NCBI RefSeq assembly: GCF_006345805.1
Contig: NC_042997.1
Location: 83,514,001 to 83,578,000 of the forward strand
From: Octopus sinensis
Taxonomy: Eukaryota
Length of the DNA: 64,000 nucleotides
Reading direction: 5' to 3'
Part shown: positions 50,801-64,000 of the stretch, in pieces
Layout of the letters: each line of letters starts with the position of its first letter
How positions within the stretch are numbered: position 1 is the first letter of the stretch
Made by a program: the position numbers and the translations under genes
Notes under the pieces: generated by a model
The model's database searches: none
What the model saw: only the letters and a program-made list of their open reading frames with translations
Told to the model about the DNA's origin: nothing

Positions 50801-52379
50801 TTATTGTCTTGGCTGTGTGTTAAAAAGTCTGCTTCTTAACCACATGGTTTTGGGTTCAGTCCTACTGCAGAACACTTTGGGCAAGTATCTTCTAGTATAG
50901 ACCTGGCCTGATTAAAGCTAGTAGTAGAAATGGTTATGTGTGTGTGTGAAAATGTTTGTTCTCACTCCACTGTTTGACAACCAGTGTTGGTTTGCTTGTG
51001 TCCTTGTAATTTAGCAGTACAGCAAAATAGACTGATAGAGTAAGTATCAGACTTTAAAAGTAAGTATTGGGGCTGATTTGCTCATCTAAAACAACTCCAA
51101 GGCAGTGCTCCAGCATGGTTGCAGTCCATTGACCAAAAATAAGTAAAAGATAAAAGATCAGAGACACACAGAAACATCAGTGATAGGATATTAATAGAAC
51201 CTTTTAGCTGGCAAAGCAGTAGCAACACTGTCATCATCATCACCATCATCATGATCACTGCCATCATCATCATCATTGCCATCATCATAATCACTGCCGT
51301 CATCAACACTATCATCATCATCATAATCATTATTATCATCACCACCCCCACCAAAATAATTCCACATCCCTTCATTCAAACATGGGTCGGACGGGCCTTC
51401 TGAGATAGTGTTTCTTGGATGGGTGTCCCTGTGGTTGCCAAACCTTTTGGTCACCTCATATGACATGCAGGTCCATGGTATACCTATTCTACATATATCC
51501 TGAATATCAAAAGTTAACAGGTATTTCGGAAATACCTCACAGAGTGATGACCATGTCATGCATAGCTACGGCTTGCTCTTTGATAAGGTATTGCACCTGT
51601 TTAGCCATCCTGCCAGGGATATGGTGAAGTCATGGGGCTGCAGCATTGCAGATTGTGAAGAAGTAGAAGAATAGCTCAACAGTGCTTCTTATACTGATGC
51701 TGAGAAGAGGAATCCTTAGAAGATCAATGGTCAGGATCACCAAACTCTGTCAAGAGAGTAACTGCAATGCATCCACAGGGGTTGGTGCCCATGGCTGTAT
51801 AATCAGTCAATGGCAGATTCACTATGACTCAAACTCCCAATTCAAATTCATAATAATGGAATTGGATGGTGACAGAGAGTCATGGAAAGCCACAAAAGCA
51901 GCAACAAGAAAAATTTAAGAATTAACAAATAATCAAAAAAAAAGCTAATATCTAATAACTTCATGTTAACAAAGTGTATAAGAACATTTTCTGGATTGTT
52001 GAAATATCTTAAAAGTATGAACAAGAAGTAAGATTTCTTTTGATTTTAACTTCATTCTTTTGAGATTATAAACTCATTGTTATTTGTTTTCTTATTTACC
52101 AGTACAAAATATAAAAAAAGAAATAGTATAACATAGAAACAATATAGATTGTGAAAGGTTAAAAAGTGTACAAAAATGCTTTTAACCCCACCTCTTCATG
52201 CAATACACCTTCACAAAGAAAAAAAAATCTTCTAGAATCGTTTGAAATAGTTTTCTGAAGTGCAAACAATTAGTTAGAAGTTGGGTAAAAAAGAAAAGAA
52301 AAACAGCAGAGAAAGAAACATGTATATATATATAAGACATTCAGGAATTGCTTTATTTGAACTTACTGATCAAATGATA

Positions 52380-52438
<59 letters not shown>

Positions 52439-52667
52439 TTCACATGAATACATGTAGATGCAAGATGTTGCCTAAATTACAACAAAAAACTTGTCACTTT
52501 GATAGTGACTGGCTTCAGATGTGCGTGTGTTTGTGTATTGTGCATGTGTGTATAAATATATATATGTATATATATGTAACTGGTTTCAGATATATAATAT
52601 ACATGTAAATGGCTCCAGACACACACACATATACATAGACCCCACCTCGCCACACACACACATATAT

Positions 52668-52705
<38 letters not shown>

Positions 52706-52709
52706 TGTA

Positions 52710-52743
<34 letters not shown>

Positions 52744-53712
52744 AATATATAGACTATTTTTTTTCTTTTACATGATTCAGTACAAAACTGTGGCCATGCT
52801 GGGGCACCACTTTGAATGGATTAGCCAAACAAATCAACCCCAGTACTTATTTTTATTTCTTTTAAGCCTGGTACTTATTCTATTGGTCTCTTTCTGCTGA
52901 ACCACTATGTTATGGTAACATAAACAAACCAACACCTGTTGTCAAGCAATGATGAGGAACAAATACAAAAAACCAAGACACACACACGTATATGAGAGGC
53001 TTATTTCAGTTTCCATCTATCAAATCCACTCACAAGACTTTGGTCAGCCTGGGACTACACCTGCCAGAGGTGCCATGCATTGGAACTGAACCCAAGATCA
53101 TACAATTGGGAAGCAAATTTCTTACCACAAAATCTATGTCTCTGTGGTTTTATAAATATCTTTTATTCTCTTCTTGTTTCATTCATTAGACTGTGGCCAT
53201 GCTGGGGTACCACTTTTACAAATTTTAGTTGACCTCAGTACTTATTATATTGATATCATTTGCCAAACTGCTAAGTTATGGGGATGTAAACATATGAGCA
53301 CCAGTTGTGAAGCAGTGGTGGGACACACACACACACACATGTATGTATATATATATATATATAAACTTTGCCAGATCAGATTGAGCCTGGTGCAGCTTTC
53401 TGGCTCAACAGTCCTCAGTCAAACTGTCCAACCCATGCCAGCATGGAAAGCGGACATTAAACGTTGATATACATGACAGGTTTCTTTTAGTTGTTGTCTA
53501 TCAAATCCACTAACAAGGTTTTGGTTGGCCTGAGGCTAGAGTAGAAGACACTTGACCAAGTTGCCACACAGTGGGGCTGAACCTGGGACCATATGGTTGG
53601 GAAGCAAGCTTCTTACCACACAACCACACCTGTGCCTACATACATACATACATACATACATGCATATATATATGACAAGTTGTGGTGCACCTGAGCACTG
53701 TATACAATAATT

Positions 53713-53751
<39 letters not shown>

Positions 53752-56570
53752 CTGTACACATGCACATACATACATGTATTATATTATGTGCATGTATTAG
53801 GAATATCAATGATATATTTATAAAGAAGAAAATATGTTACATATGCAATCAGGCAGTTTATGTGTAATGTTCATGCATGTATATACAAATACACTAGGCT
53901 ACAATGTTATATAATTGGTAATGGTGTCACTCAGAAACGTACTTCAAACTGAAAGATATCTTTTTTATTCTATATTTGTGATATGATACTTAAAATTGCA
54001 TCAAGTGATCAATCTAAGCTTACCAATTGCACAACATAACTACATCTGTAGCATGCCAGAGACTTTTCTTCTTACTAGTGTATTTAGGTTATTGGTGCCA
54101 TTATTGCTGCAGCTATTTAATCTTACTGTTGTTATTCCTTATCATATTTTATATTTGTATAAGATGACATTAATTACTACTGATGTTCAGCCACCAGCCA
54201 AGTGCCCTCCTTGTGTCCAGGGGTCAGCTTGCCAAAACTCTCCACTTCCTTCTATGTTGTGCTGCATAAATACAGAAAGGCAGTCTGTTCTTTGATGTCA
54301 TCAATCCACAAATGATTTTGATGGCTTCTTGACAGTGACCCACCTAGTACGTGACTGGTTCTTATTTTAAAAGATTTGAAAGCAAAGAAGTCTCTGACAG
54401 AATTTGAATACAAACAATAAAGAGATCTAACTGGATAACAAACTGGATTTGGGCTGATGCTCCACTAATTCTGCCAATCAACTGCTCAAATAACTAATTA
54501 ATTAGCAGCAGTAATAAAGATCTCAAACATAGGCACAATACTTCAAATTTATGAGTGGGAACAATTAATTGAATAAACTCCGATATATAATTAGTAATTA
54601 TTTTATGAACCCCAGACAGATGAAAGGCCAAGGTGACCTCAGCTGGATTTGAACTCAGAATGTTTAAGGATGTAAAAATCATATACTGAAAGGGATTTTT
54701 GTCTGACACTCAAAAGATTCTGCCATCAATTCAGTATTCTAATGATAATAGGAATTTGCAAAATAGGCAGAGGGCTACAAATTTGTGGGGTGAAAAAAAT
54801 TATTAGCTTTACACCAGTATGTGATTAGTATGTTTTTATCAGCCCTTGGAGAATGAAAGACAAAGTGTGAATAAATAAATAAAAGCATTGTACTGAAAGA
54901 AAACACTCTGCCATATCCCTATACCCAAGAGTAAAATAATGATTTCAAATATTGGCACAAGGTCAGCAATTTCAGGGGAGGGGATAAACCAATTACATTG
55001 ATCCCAGTGTTCAACCGGTACTTATTCTAACAACCCTGAAAGGATGAAAGGCAAAGTCAACCTTGGTAGAATTTGAATTCAGAATGTAAAGAGAGACGAA
55101 ATGCTGCTAAGCATTTTGCTTGGCAGGCTAATGATTCTAGTGGAGGTACGAGGCCAGCAATTTTGGGGGGAGGGGAGAACCAATTACATTGATCCCAATG
55201 TTCAGTTAATACTTATTCTATCAACCCCAAAGAATGAAAGGCAAAGTCCACCTTGGTGGAATTTGAACTCAAAATGTAAAATGGATGGAATGCTGCTAAG
55301 CATTTTGCCTAGCATACTAAAGATTCTGTGAGCTTGATGCCTTATCTCAGAGTAAAATATTGATTTCTAATTGGAGGCACAAAGCCTCAAATTTGAAGGA
55401 TAGGTATTGTTGATTAGATCGATTCAAGTACTTGACAGCTACTTTATTTTATTGAGAATGGAAGGATAAATGTCACAGTTGACATCAGTGGCATTTGAAC
55501 TCAGATGGAAGGATGTAGGTAACTAAATACCCCAAGGGAATTTTGTCTGCATCTTTATTGATTGTACCAACCCAACAGTCTTATAATGATTTCTAACAGA
55601 AGTACAAGCTACACATCTTGGTGGGAGGGAACAGTCACTTACATCAACTACACTTTATTTTATCAACTTTGAAAGGATGAAAGGCAAAGTCAAGCTCTGT
55701 GGTGTTTAAGTGTTTCTAAAATGATGATCCTTTCATGTATTAAGAAGACATTGAAGTGAATTAAATCAGGATCTGTAGGTGAAAAATAAAAATAGAATAA
55801 AAGTAGTAGGAATTTATTGGAAGTAAATTAATTTATCCTTGTAGTCTTTTCATGTATTTCTGTGCATGAACCACACGCCCAGAGTAAAAGAAACTATTGT
55901 TACCAAGATAGAAAAGGAAAAGAAGTCAATTTTGTGTATGTGTGTGCGTGCATGCATGCACATGTGTGTGCATGCATATACATCCATACACACAAAATAT
56001 ATATATGTGTGTATATTTATCTGCCTATCTATCTGATAAGTGTGTGAGACTAAACGAAAATATTGTGACCTAAACAGAAATGAAAGAACAATTTCATGTA
56101 TGTATGTTTGCATGCATGCATCTATATGTACATATATATATATATGATGAGTGTATATTATGTGGGTATACATGTACACAGATATATATGTAAATATACA
56201 TATGCGTGTGTGATGAATATATATGTGTGTGTATACACATATATCCAATATGTGCATGACAGTGTGCATGCATTTGTGTTCGTACTGGGAATAATGGTGA
56301 GTTTGTAAACAGAAAATTTATTGTAGCTTCACTCAAACATCACCCTACTCAATCTCTCTGTCTTTTCTCTCGCTCTCTCTCTCTCTTTCATGCATGCACA
56401 CACACACACACACATATACACTGATCTATAGAGAAATGTTTGCCAACTTCAGCTAACTAATTTTAGAAATAAGAATATTTGCTAATACCTCCAGAAAATT
56501 CTGGTTCAAAGGTGTAGGAAATTAGAGCTTACTTTTTTCCTTTCAGTTTTGGTTAATATATTTGTTGCTG

Positions 56571-56616
<46 letters not shown>

Positions 56617-56809
56617 AGACAAGTATATTTATTTATTTACATATTTACTTATGAAATTGTTTTTCATTTTTTTCTTCTGTCTAATGTATCTTTAATTCTT
56701 CTATGTGGTATGTGAAGAACACACAAAGAAACAAAAAGAAGCAGAAATGTTCAGGAGATGTAGTTTAAAAGAAAAAAAAGAGTTGTCCCTCCCAATGTGT
56801 GTGTGTATG

Positions 56810-56881
<72 letters not shown>

Positions 56882-59589
56882 ATGATGCAGAAGTGAAAAC
56901 AAGGGAAGGTGAGGGGGAAATATTATGGACAGATCAAAGAAATCCATTCTTTGAAATAATGCTAAGTAACTTAGGGACGTTTTCCACAGAATATTCAGCA
57001 TGGATAATGTGAAGAAAAAGAAACAACTGAGAAAAAAAAAATATATACTCTTGGCAAGTGTATGATCAGGACCTCTTGACTTCTTTCTCTTTTCTTCCAT
57101 CTGTCTCCTCTACCTGTCTGACAAAACCATACATACCACCATGCATACACATACACAACCATGTGCACACATACACAAATACAAGCACATACACACTAAC
57201 ACATGCACACACTCATCCATAACTACACACAGACACATATATACATAATTACGCACACATATTCTAACATTTTCAGACATGCATATGCATACACAAACTC
57301 ATACACAAACACACACACACATGCTAACATGTGCAAACATATGCATATGCATGCACAAACTCATCCATAACTACTCACACACAGACACATACACATGCAT
57401 ACACTCCTATATTGATATAGATGTAGCCAGCTCAATCTATATTCTTGTAATTTACATTTGCATTCGGGGAAAGACTAAGGAGATTAATTCATCTTCTTAT
57501 TTATATATTTTTTTCTGTTGAGAAATCACAGAGGGAAAAACATAGCCTCATTAAGATCCAAGAGAAAGATGAAGAACAGGTGAGATGCTGAACTATTTCA
57601 AGTTCCTAGCTGTGAAAATATCAGGCATCCTTTCACTGTTCTCATAAGTCTAAAACGCTAGCTTTTACTACTTTTAGTATTTTCACTACAATGTTGAGTC
57701 TATTGTTAGTAGCTGAATCCTTGTCCATACCTTAGTGGCATATCATTTGATGTTACTGATGTGAGAAAAGCTAGATGTGAATAGACCTGTATCTTCTCCA
57801 ACAGGAATATTTATTTTTCATCATTGAACTTCTCCAAACTAATAACTAACTAAACTTATTTTTCAACCTCCTTCTATTTGTTATAATCCTCCAGGCCTTC
57901 ACTTCTGGTGGTCTGTTTATGGGAACTTATGATCGAGATACTTGATGATCAAGTTCTTACAGATGAAAATGTTAAGGGTTTAAAAAAGAATTTCTGACAG
58001 GGAAGCAAAACTTAGAATTGTGATACTTCAAAATCTTCATCATTATCATCATCCTCATCACTAATGTATGTTTTCCATGCTAGCAAGGGTTGGACAGTTT
58101 GACAGGAGCTGGTAAGCTGAAGAGCTGCTGATGCCTTTCCTAATGCCAACCACTTTACAGAGTGCACAGGGTGCTTTGTGGCACCAACACAGGTGCATTT
58201 TACATGGCACTGGCATGTGTACTTTTTATGTGGCACTAGCATCCACAAGCCTGGATGTAGGGGACGTGCCTATAGGAAAAAAGACAGAGCCCTGCTTAGC
58301 ACCAGGAAAATCACCATGATCAGTATGCAGAAAAGGAGTAAAGGGGATCTTCGTATGCTGAACTCAGTGTAAACTGTAGATGTGCAACATATGCAGTTGG
58401 ATCAAAGGCAGGTTGGCAGAAAAGATAAGCTTTATATATGGATGAGGACAGCTGCATAAAGAAGTGATGATCTCTAATTATGGAAAGAAGCTGTGGAAGA
58501 GGTAAACCCAGGAAGATGTGATATGAGGTGGTGAAATGTGACCTTCAAGTGTTGAATCTCATGGTGTTGATGACAAATGACTGAGACTTTTGGCGATTTG
58601 CTGTGCTTGAGAAGACTCGTCAAGCCAAGTGAGATCGTAGTCATGACCAGTGCTAGTGACATGTGAAAGGGACCCATGCTAGTGACATGTAAAAGGCATC
58701 TATACCAGTGTCTGTCCCCCATCATTACTTGACAACTGGTGTTGGTGTGTTTATGTCTCCTTAACTTAGTGGCTTGGCAAAAGAGAGCAACAGAATAAGT
58801 ACCAGGCTTTAAAATGTAAGTACTGTCGTTGATTCATTTGACTAAAATTTCTTCAAGCCGATGCCCCAGCATGGTTGCAGTCTAACACATAAACATATTC
58901 CCAATTTAAACAGTTTCTCATTTTATTACCTTTCATAGTTTAGTTTCTGTATGATTTTGTCATTGCACTTCTTATATCATTCTCTTATCTCACCATCTCC
59001 TCATCTCTCACTCTCTCTCATGTACACAAACATGCTTTCTATTCCCCTCACACATTACCGCTTACCCTCATTTAATATAAACACATTCTCTATCATTCAA
59101 ATAGTAATGCTCTCTTACTTTCCCTCCAGTCATACACACACCTACACTCACACATACACACTTTCTCCTGTGTTATCTCTCTCTCTCTCTTCTCTCTGTG
59201 TCACTAAAAAATTACTCCCCAAAGAAATGATTTAGATTATGAATGACTTCCAACTGTGATAGAAAATAAAATATGTAACATTTTGCAAGAAATCTGGTTG
59301 ACTGCACAAGCTGTAGAGCTAACCAAGTGATATTAGAATGTGCCACAGCCATTGTAACCACCATCAACAACATAAGCCATTGAAGTCGGCCCTATACTGA
59401 CATAAAACATGTTAGAAATAGCAGCCAAATACCTTCAAATCACACTCTACTATGATAAAAATAGGGAAGGACACATAGGACAATGTAGTTTCCAGATATA
59501 TAAAAAGACACTGATCATAAGTGGAGTACCTTTTATCATAGGCCTGCTCACAATCTAGGTTTTTACATTACATATCCCTTAGTCTGGCT

Positions 59590-60200
59590 GACTGTTGGGA
59601 TACCACTGATGACTTTGCAACCAAATCCTTCCATCCATCTCTGTCTTCTGGCTCCTGCACAGTGTCTCTCATTTTTAGGCCTGTCTACTCACAGATGTTG
59701 TTTTCCCACCTCTTTCTCTGTCTGCCTCTGCATCTGTCACCTTTGACTGTTCCCTGAAGGATTGTTTTAACCATCCCTGATGAGCAGATGACATGCCCAA
59801 ACCACTTGAACTTGTGTTTCTTTACTTTGGTAAAAAGTTCCACATAGGGCCCTATTGCCTGCCTTATTCTTCTTTTCATTTCCTCATTTGGGGCATGATC
59901 TCTGTATGATATTCCCCAAATTCTGAAACATTTCATCTCTGTAGCCTGGATTCTTCTTTTGATTTCTGCTGTCAATGTTCATGTCTCACAGGTGTACAGG
60001 AATATTGAGGTCACTAGTGATCTCATTAGCTTAATTTTGGAGCTCAGTGAGATATTTCTGCCTTTCCAGTGTTCTGAATTTGGTCATTGCTGTTGTTGTT
60101 TTGGCAATGCAGAATATCACTTCAGGCTTGGAACCTTGGTCACTCACTATCACCCCAAGATATTTGAAATATTGAACTTGTTCAAGCTCAAGCTTTACTA
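59590..60200 (-). mobile_element. RTE-clade LINE 3' remnant
   Basis: LMRSLVTSIFLYTCE..TAEIKRRIQATEMKC..WFGHV..KTILQGTVKGDRCRGRQRKRW. Confidence 0.85.
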
Positions 60201-61093
60201 GGGCTAAAAAAACCCAGACAGGATGGTCGTGGGTGAAATGCCATTAATCATAGTCCTGCTTAATCAAGGTTTATGTTAAGACAGACAAGATGGTTATGGT
60301 TAGAAAGTTTCTTCATCATAAATCTGTTTATTTGGAGCTGACAGCAACAACAATGATGATAATGAGGATGAGCCAACATGGTAGACTCTATATGGTCGTT
60401 AGACCTGCAAGAAATAGCAGTCAAAATATCTATGTAACAACACTACTCTATATTAAAAAATGGAAGAATTCATTGATGAACATATATCTAGACACACCCT
60501 GTCTGAATACCTAGGATGGCCATAAGATTATCTGATTTGGGTTGCCTGGGTTTAAAAATAACTACAATAATAATATCACCTCACAAAATAAAGATCTTTA
60601 ATCAAGAATTGATGCATTAGAGGACCACCTTAGTCACTGAAGCATGTGGCTTTGTCATCTTATTGTTTTGATTTAAATTGTGTTTCAGTTGGACTTGTTT
60701 GTCCCTCCAGACAAAGCAGTTGATATGTATTACACATAACAACCATACATACTAGTCATGTACTAAATTGTGATTTATTCAACTGCATTAATCCTCTAAC
60801 AATTTCTAGTCCTTTTGTGAGAATTTATTTTATCATTATTATTATTCTTATATTAAGGTGTTGAGCTGGTAGAGTTGTTAGTATGTTGGACAAAATGTCG
60901 CCATGCATTTTGTTTGTCTTATGTTGTGAGTTCAAATTCTGTTGAGGCTGACTGCCTTTCATCTCTTCAAGGTTGATAAAATAAGTACCAGTTTAGCACT
61001 GGGATCAATATAATCAACTTAACCTAACCTCAAAACTGCTAGCCCTGTGTCAAATTTTGAAACCTTTATTGTTGTTGTTATTATTATTATTGT

Positions 61094-61140
<47 letters not shown>

Positions 61141-61289
61141 AGACAGCAAGCTGGCAGAATCATTAACATGCTGGGTGAAATACTTGGTAGTATTTTGTCT
61201 GTCTTCACATTCTGAGTTCATATTGTTATTATTATTCAGTAGTTTTATTTTTATAGCGTGCTTTCACTTCACTACCAAGTGCAGCTCTG

Positions 61290-61670
61290 TGTGCCTTGGG
61301 TATGTGCTGTGATTTGTTGTGATGCTCTGATGGTTACTGTATTGACAGTGTTCTGCGTAGGATGTGTGCAGTGCCTAGTAGTGCAATTTTCTGTATGTTA
61401 TGTGTGTTTGTAAGTCCTGGTGTTTTTGTTATGTATTTGTCTGAATATTTTTATCATACCTAATGTGCCTACTTTGATAGGAATTGTTTCTGTTTTTAGA
61501 TTCCACATTCAAGTTACCTCTATTTCCAGGTCTTTGTATTTTGAAAGTTTCTCCATTTCTTTTAGAGACATGTTGTCATCTGCTGGTATTGATACATCAA
61601 TTAGAAAGCATGTTTTTTTCTTCATGATCTCTGACAACTATATCTGCCCTATTGGCCTTAATTTCTCTAT
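61290..61670 (-). mobile_element. R4/Dong-like LINE 3' remnant
   Basis: Minus strand: KTCFLIDVSIPADDNMSLKEMEKLSKYKDLEIEV..WNLKTETIPIKVGTLG. Confidence 0.8.
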
Positions 61671-61927
61671 CTGTTATTATTATGATTATTATTATTATTG
61701 AAAGTTATTCCCAACCAAACAGCAAGCAATAATCACTAGGCATGTTACGGATTACAAAAATGAAGCTGCTTAAGTAGCAAGAAATGATCATAGCAAGGTT
61801 CTAAAGAATCACAATCATATTTACCTGGGAAACAAGAAGGGAGAGAGATTCATGTGCAAAGAAAGAACCTTCTGTTGGTTTCCAGACCATATAGAGACTG
61901 CTCTGTTGGTTCATAGATTATATAGAG

Positions 61928-62240
61928 CAGTGGTTCTCAACCATTTTTTTTATCTATGGACCCTTTGATTAGTATTGTTCTTGTGGACTTTCATAGCCAT
62001 TCAATGTTTAAAAACTAGTTTTATAGATGCTTCTTTCAAAATTCCTATTTTGTTTTTACAAAATGTTTAGAGAAAGAAACCTTAGCTGTTTCTTGCAATA
62101 CATACATTTAAACCCAAATTTTTTCATGGACCCTTAAAATACTACTGTGGATCCCCAATATACTATTTTGCTTACATGGACCCCCAGAAGTCTTATATGG
62201 ACTCCTCAGGAGTCACATGAACCCTGGTTGTGAACCACTG
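61928..62240. mobile_element. hAT-family MITE
   Basis: TIRs CAGTGGTTCTCAACC / GGTTGTGAACCACTG and a perfect 8-bp TSD ATATAGAG (61920-61927, 62241-62248). A partial relative lies at about 39684-39780. Confidence 0.9.
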
Positions 62241-63254
62241 ATATAGAGACTGCTCTGCTGGCTCACAAAAGCTCTCTTTATCAGCTAGAATAGTTGATTG
62301 AATTGAATCCAAGCACAAAACAAAATGCTGCTTCCTTGTTCTGGAACCTTATGTTCTGGGTACAAATGCCATTAAGGTCAGTTTTGCTTTTCCTTCTTCT
62401 GAGGTCATTAAAATAAAGTACTAGTCCAGAGTGGAATAGTTAGAATATCATACGAAATGCCTTTGTGGTATTTGTTTTGGCTATGTGGCCTGACAGGTTA
62501 AATGAACTTGTCAGTATCTAGCCAATGAGATGATATCTTCTTTTATCTTTTATTTATTTCAATCCTTGGACTGCTTCCATGCTAGGGCATTGACCACCTT
62601 GAAGGGTTTAAGTAAAAAAATCAACACTAGTACTCACTTTTTAAGTCTAGTGCTTATTCTATCAGCCATTTTTACTCAACTACTAGATAATGATGATGAT
62701 GATGATATATAAACATGATGGGCTTCTTTCTCTTTCTGTCTACCAAATCCACTCACAAGGCTTTGATTGGTCTGGGGCTATAGTAGAAGACACTTGCCCA
62801 AGGTGCCACATAGTGGGTCTGAAACCAGTATGCTATGTGTGTGGCTGTGAAAGTAAACTTGTTACCACACAGCCATGCCTGTGCCTTTCTTGTAAACAAG
62901 ACTGACATGAAGGCAACAGGACACCACAGAAATTCCATGAGAAGCACATGGTGGCTGTCAAAAAATTCCCCAGGGGTTCATTTGTCAATCTGATGGTATA
63001 GAAAGAAAGACATTACTGGTCTTGATATTACTGACATTGTAACAATGAATGTAAAAACTGCTTCTCCACAGCTATTCATGGGAGATTAAGACTAATTACA
63101 TATGTTGCTTCAAAAACACAGTTTTATAAGGAAGAGATACAGTTAATCTAATTGACCCTACTACTGTGTTAACAGTAGCTATTCTTTTATTAAGTTGACA
63201 GCAATTAAAGACTAAGCTGACTCAGTGGATTCCAACTAAACATAACCATTTAGT

Positions 63255-63450
63255 AAATAATAATAATAATAATGATGATGATGGTGATAATAATAATAAT
63301 AATAACAATAATAATAATAATAATGATAATAATAATAATAATAAAAATGATAATGATGATAATAATAATAATAAAAATAATAATTATAATAATAATAATG
63401 ATAATAATAATAATAATGATGATAATAATAATAGTAGTAGTAGTAGTAAA
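63255..63450. repeat. (AAT)n/(GAT)n trinucleotide microsatellite
   Basis: Direct reading. Confidence 0.95.
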
Positions 63451-64000
63451 AGTACACAACTAAATACCAAGTCTGTCATGCATTGCTACTGACAAAAGAT
63501 TAATATTGATTGTTAAACATTTAAGTATTGATTTCTATCTAACACAACAGAAGATTAATATTAAAAAGAAAAAAAAAAATTAATCAGATAACTTTTTTCC
63601 TATTTCCATTATATTTTATAGCAATGAATTTTACAAAAGCAAAACAAAAACAAATAATTTTTTTCAAATTTAAAAGATTTCACTCATTATTTCACTTTTT
63701 CATGGATTTTGAATTTGTTTGTTGTTTTTCCTCCTCTCTTTTCTTTCTGGCTAAAGATATTTTATTGTCTTTATCTGTAATACTTTTAATTACTTCATGA
63801 AATACTTATTTTTATTACATATTCATAAATAGGTGGACAGAATAAATTGTTAGTTGGTTTCTTAGCTGAAGAGTTGTAAGAAGTTCTAATTACACTTTCC
63901 TGACCAATGTACTGAACATCTGGCCACAAAACACAACCTCAGGAAACTCGCCCAGCCTTGTAAAGCATACATAAAATGATAACGATAATCATTATCCTCC

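Noticed and set aside
51082-51559. Met/Asp-rich ORFs
   Set aside because: They derive from a (CAT)n tract and adjacent repeat fragments.
57523-57579. Plus-strand 57-nt AG/GT-bounded segment (KSQREKHSLIKIQEKDEEQ)
   Set aside because: Isolated, with no recognisable homology and no partner exons.
61825-61871. 47-nt AG/GT-bounded minus-strand segment ending in phase 2 (KVLSLHMNLSPFLFP-R) as the missing TMEM135 exon
   Set aside because: Length and phase fit, but only about 3 of 16 residues match, there is no polypyrimidine tract, and the acceptor lies in a local tandem repeat.

Overview
AT-rich, repeat-dense eukaryotic genomic DNA. The SINE, LINE and microsatellite landscape looks like Octopus or another coleoid cephalopod; this is inferred from repeat families, not checked against a database. 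The only host gene I can support is the 3' part of TMEM135 on the minus strand: 7 GT-AG exons with consistent phases (39310-39351, 36457-36658, 18313-18480, 14282-14422, 12568-12666, 7146-7213, 4215-4344; 850 nt of CDS). Its N-terminal exons were not found and probably lie beyond 64000. Everything else is intron or downstream sequence filled with tRNA-derived SINEs, RTE and R4/Dong-like LINE remnants, two decayed Penelope-like elements, mariner/Tc1 remnants, Helitron, hAT and piggyBac-like non-autonomous elements, microsatellites and a 100-N gap. The most notable signal is RNA structure. The window holds several families of minimal type I hammerhead ribozyme motifs, and the tertiary 3:8 pair occurs as C:G, U:A and G:C in different families. 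One is a young 362-bp tandem plus inverted retrozyme-like cassette (18769-19781). Its two tandem ribozymes are sense in the TMEM135 intron, the nearer one about 420 nt upstream of a 3' splice site. Also notable are a candidate alternative last exon that re-encodes the C-terminal LIKPDH motif with only synonymous changes, and a heat-shock-element array with a TATA box in a TG..CA-bounded element, pointing antisense at a TMEM135 exon. Penelope-associated minimal hammerheads are known as a class, so any novelty lies in these specific families and their context.
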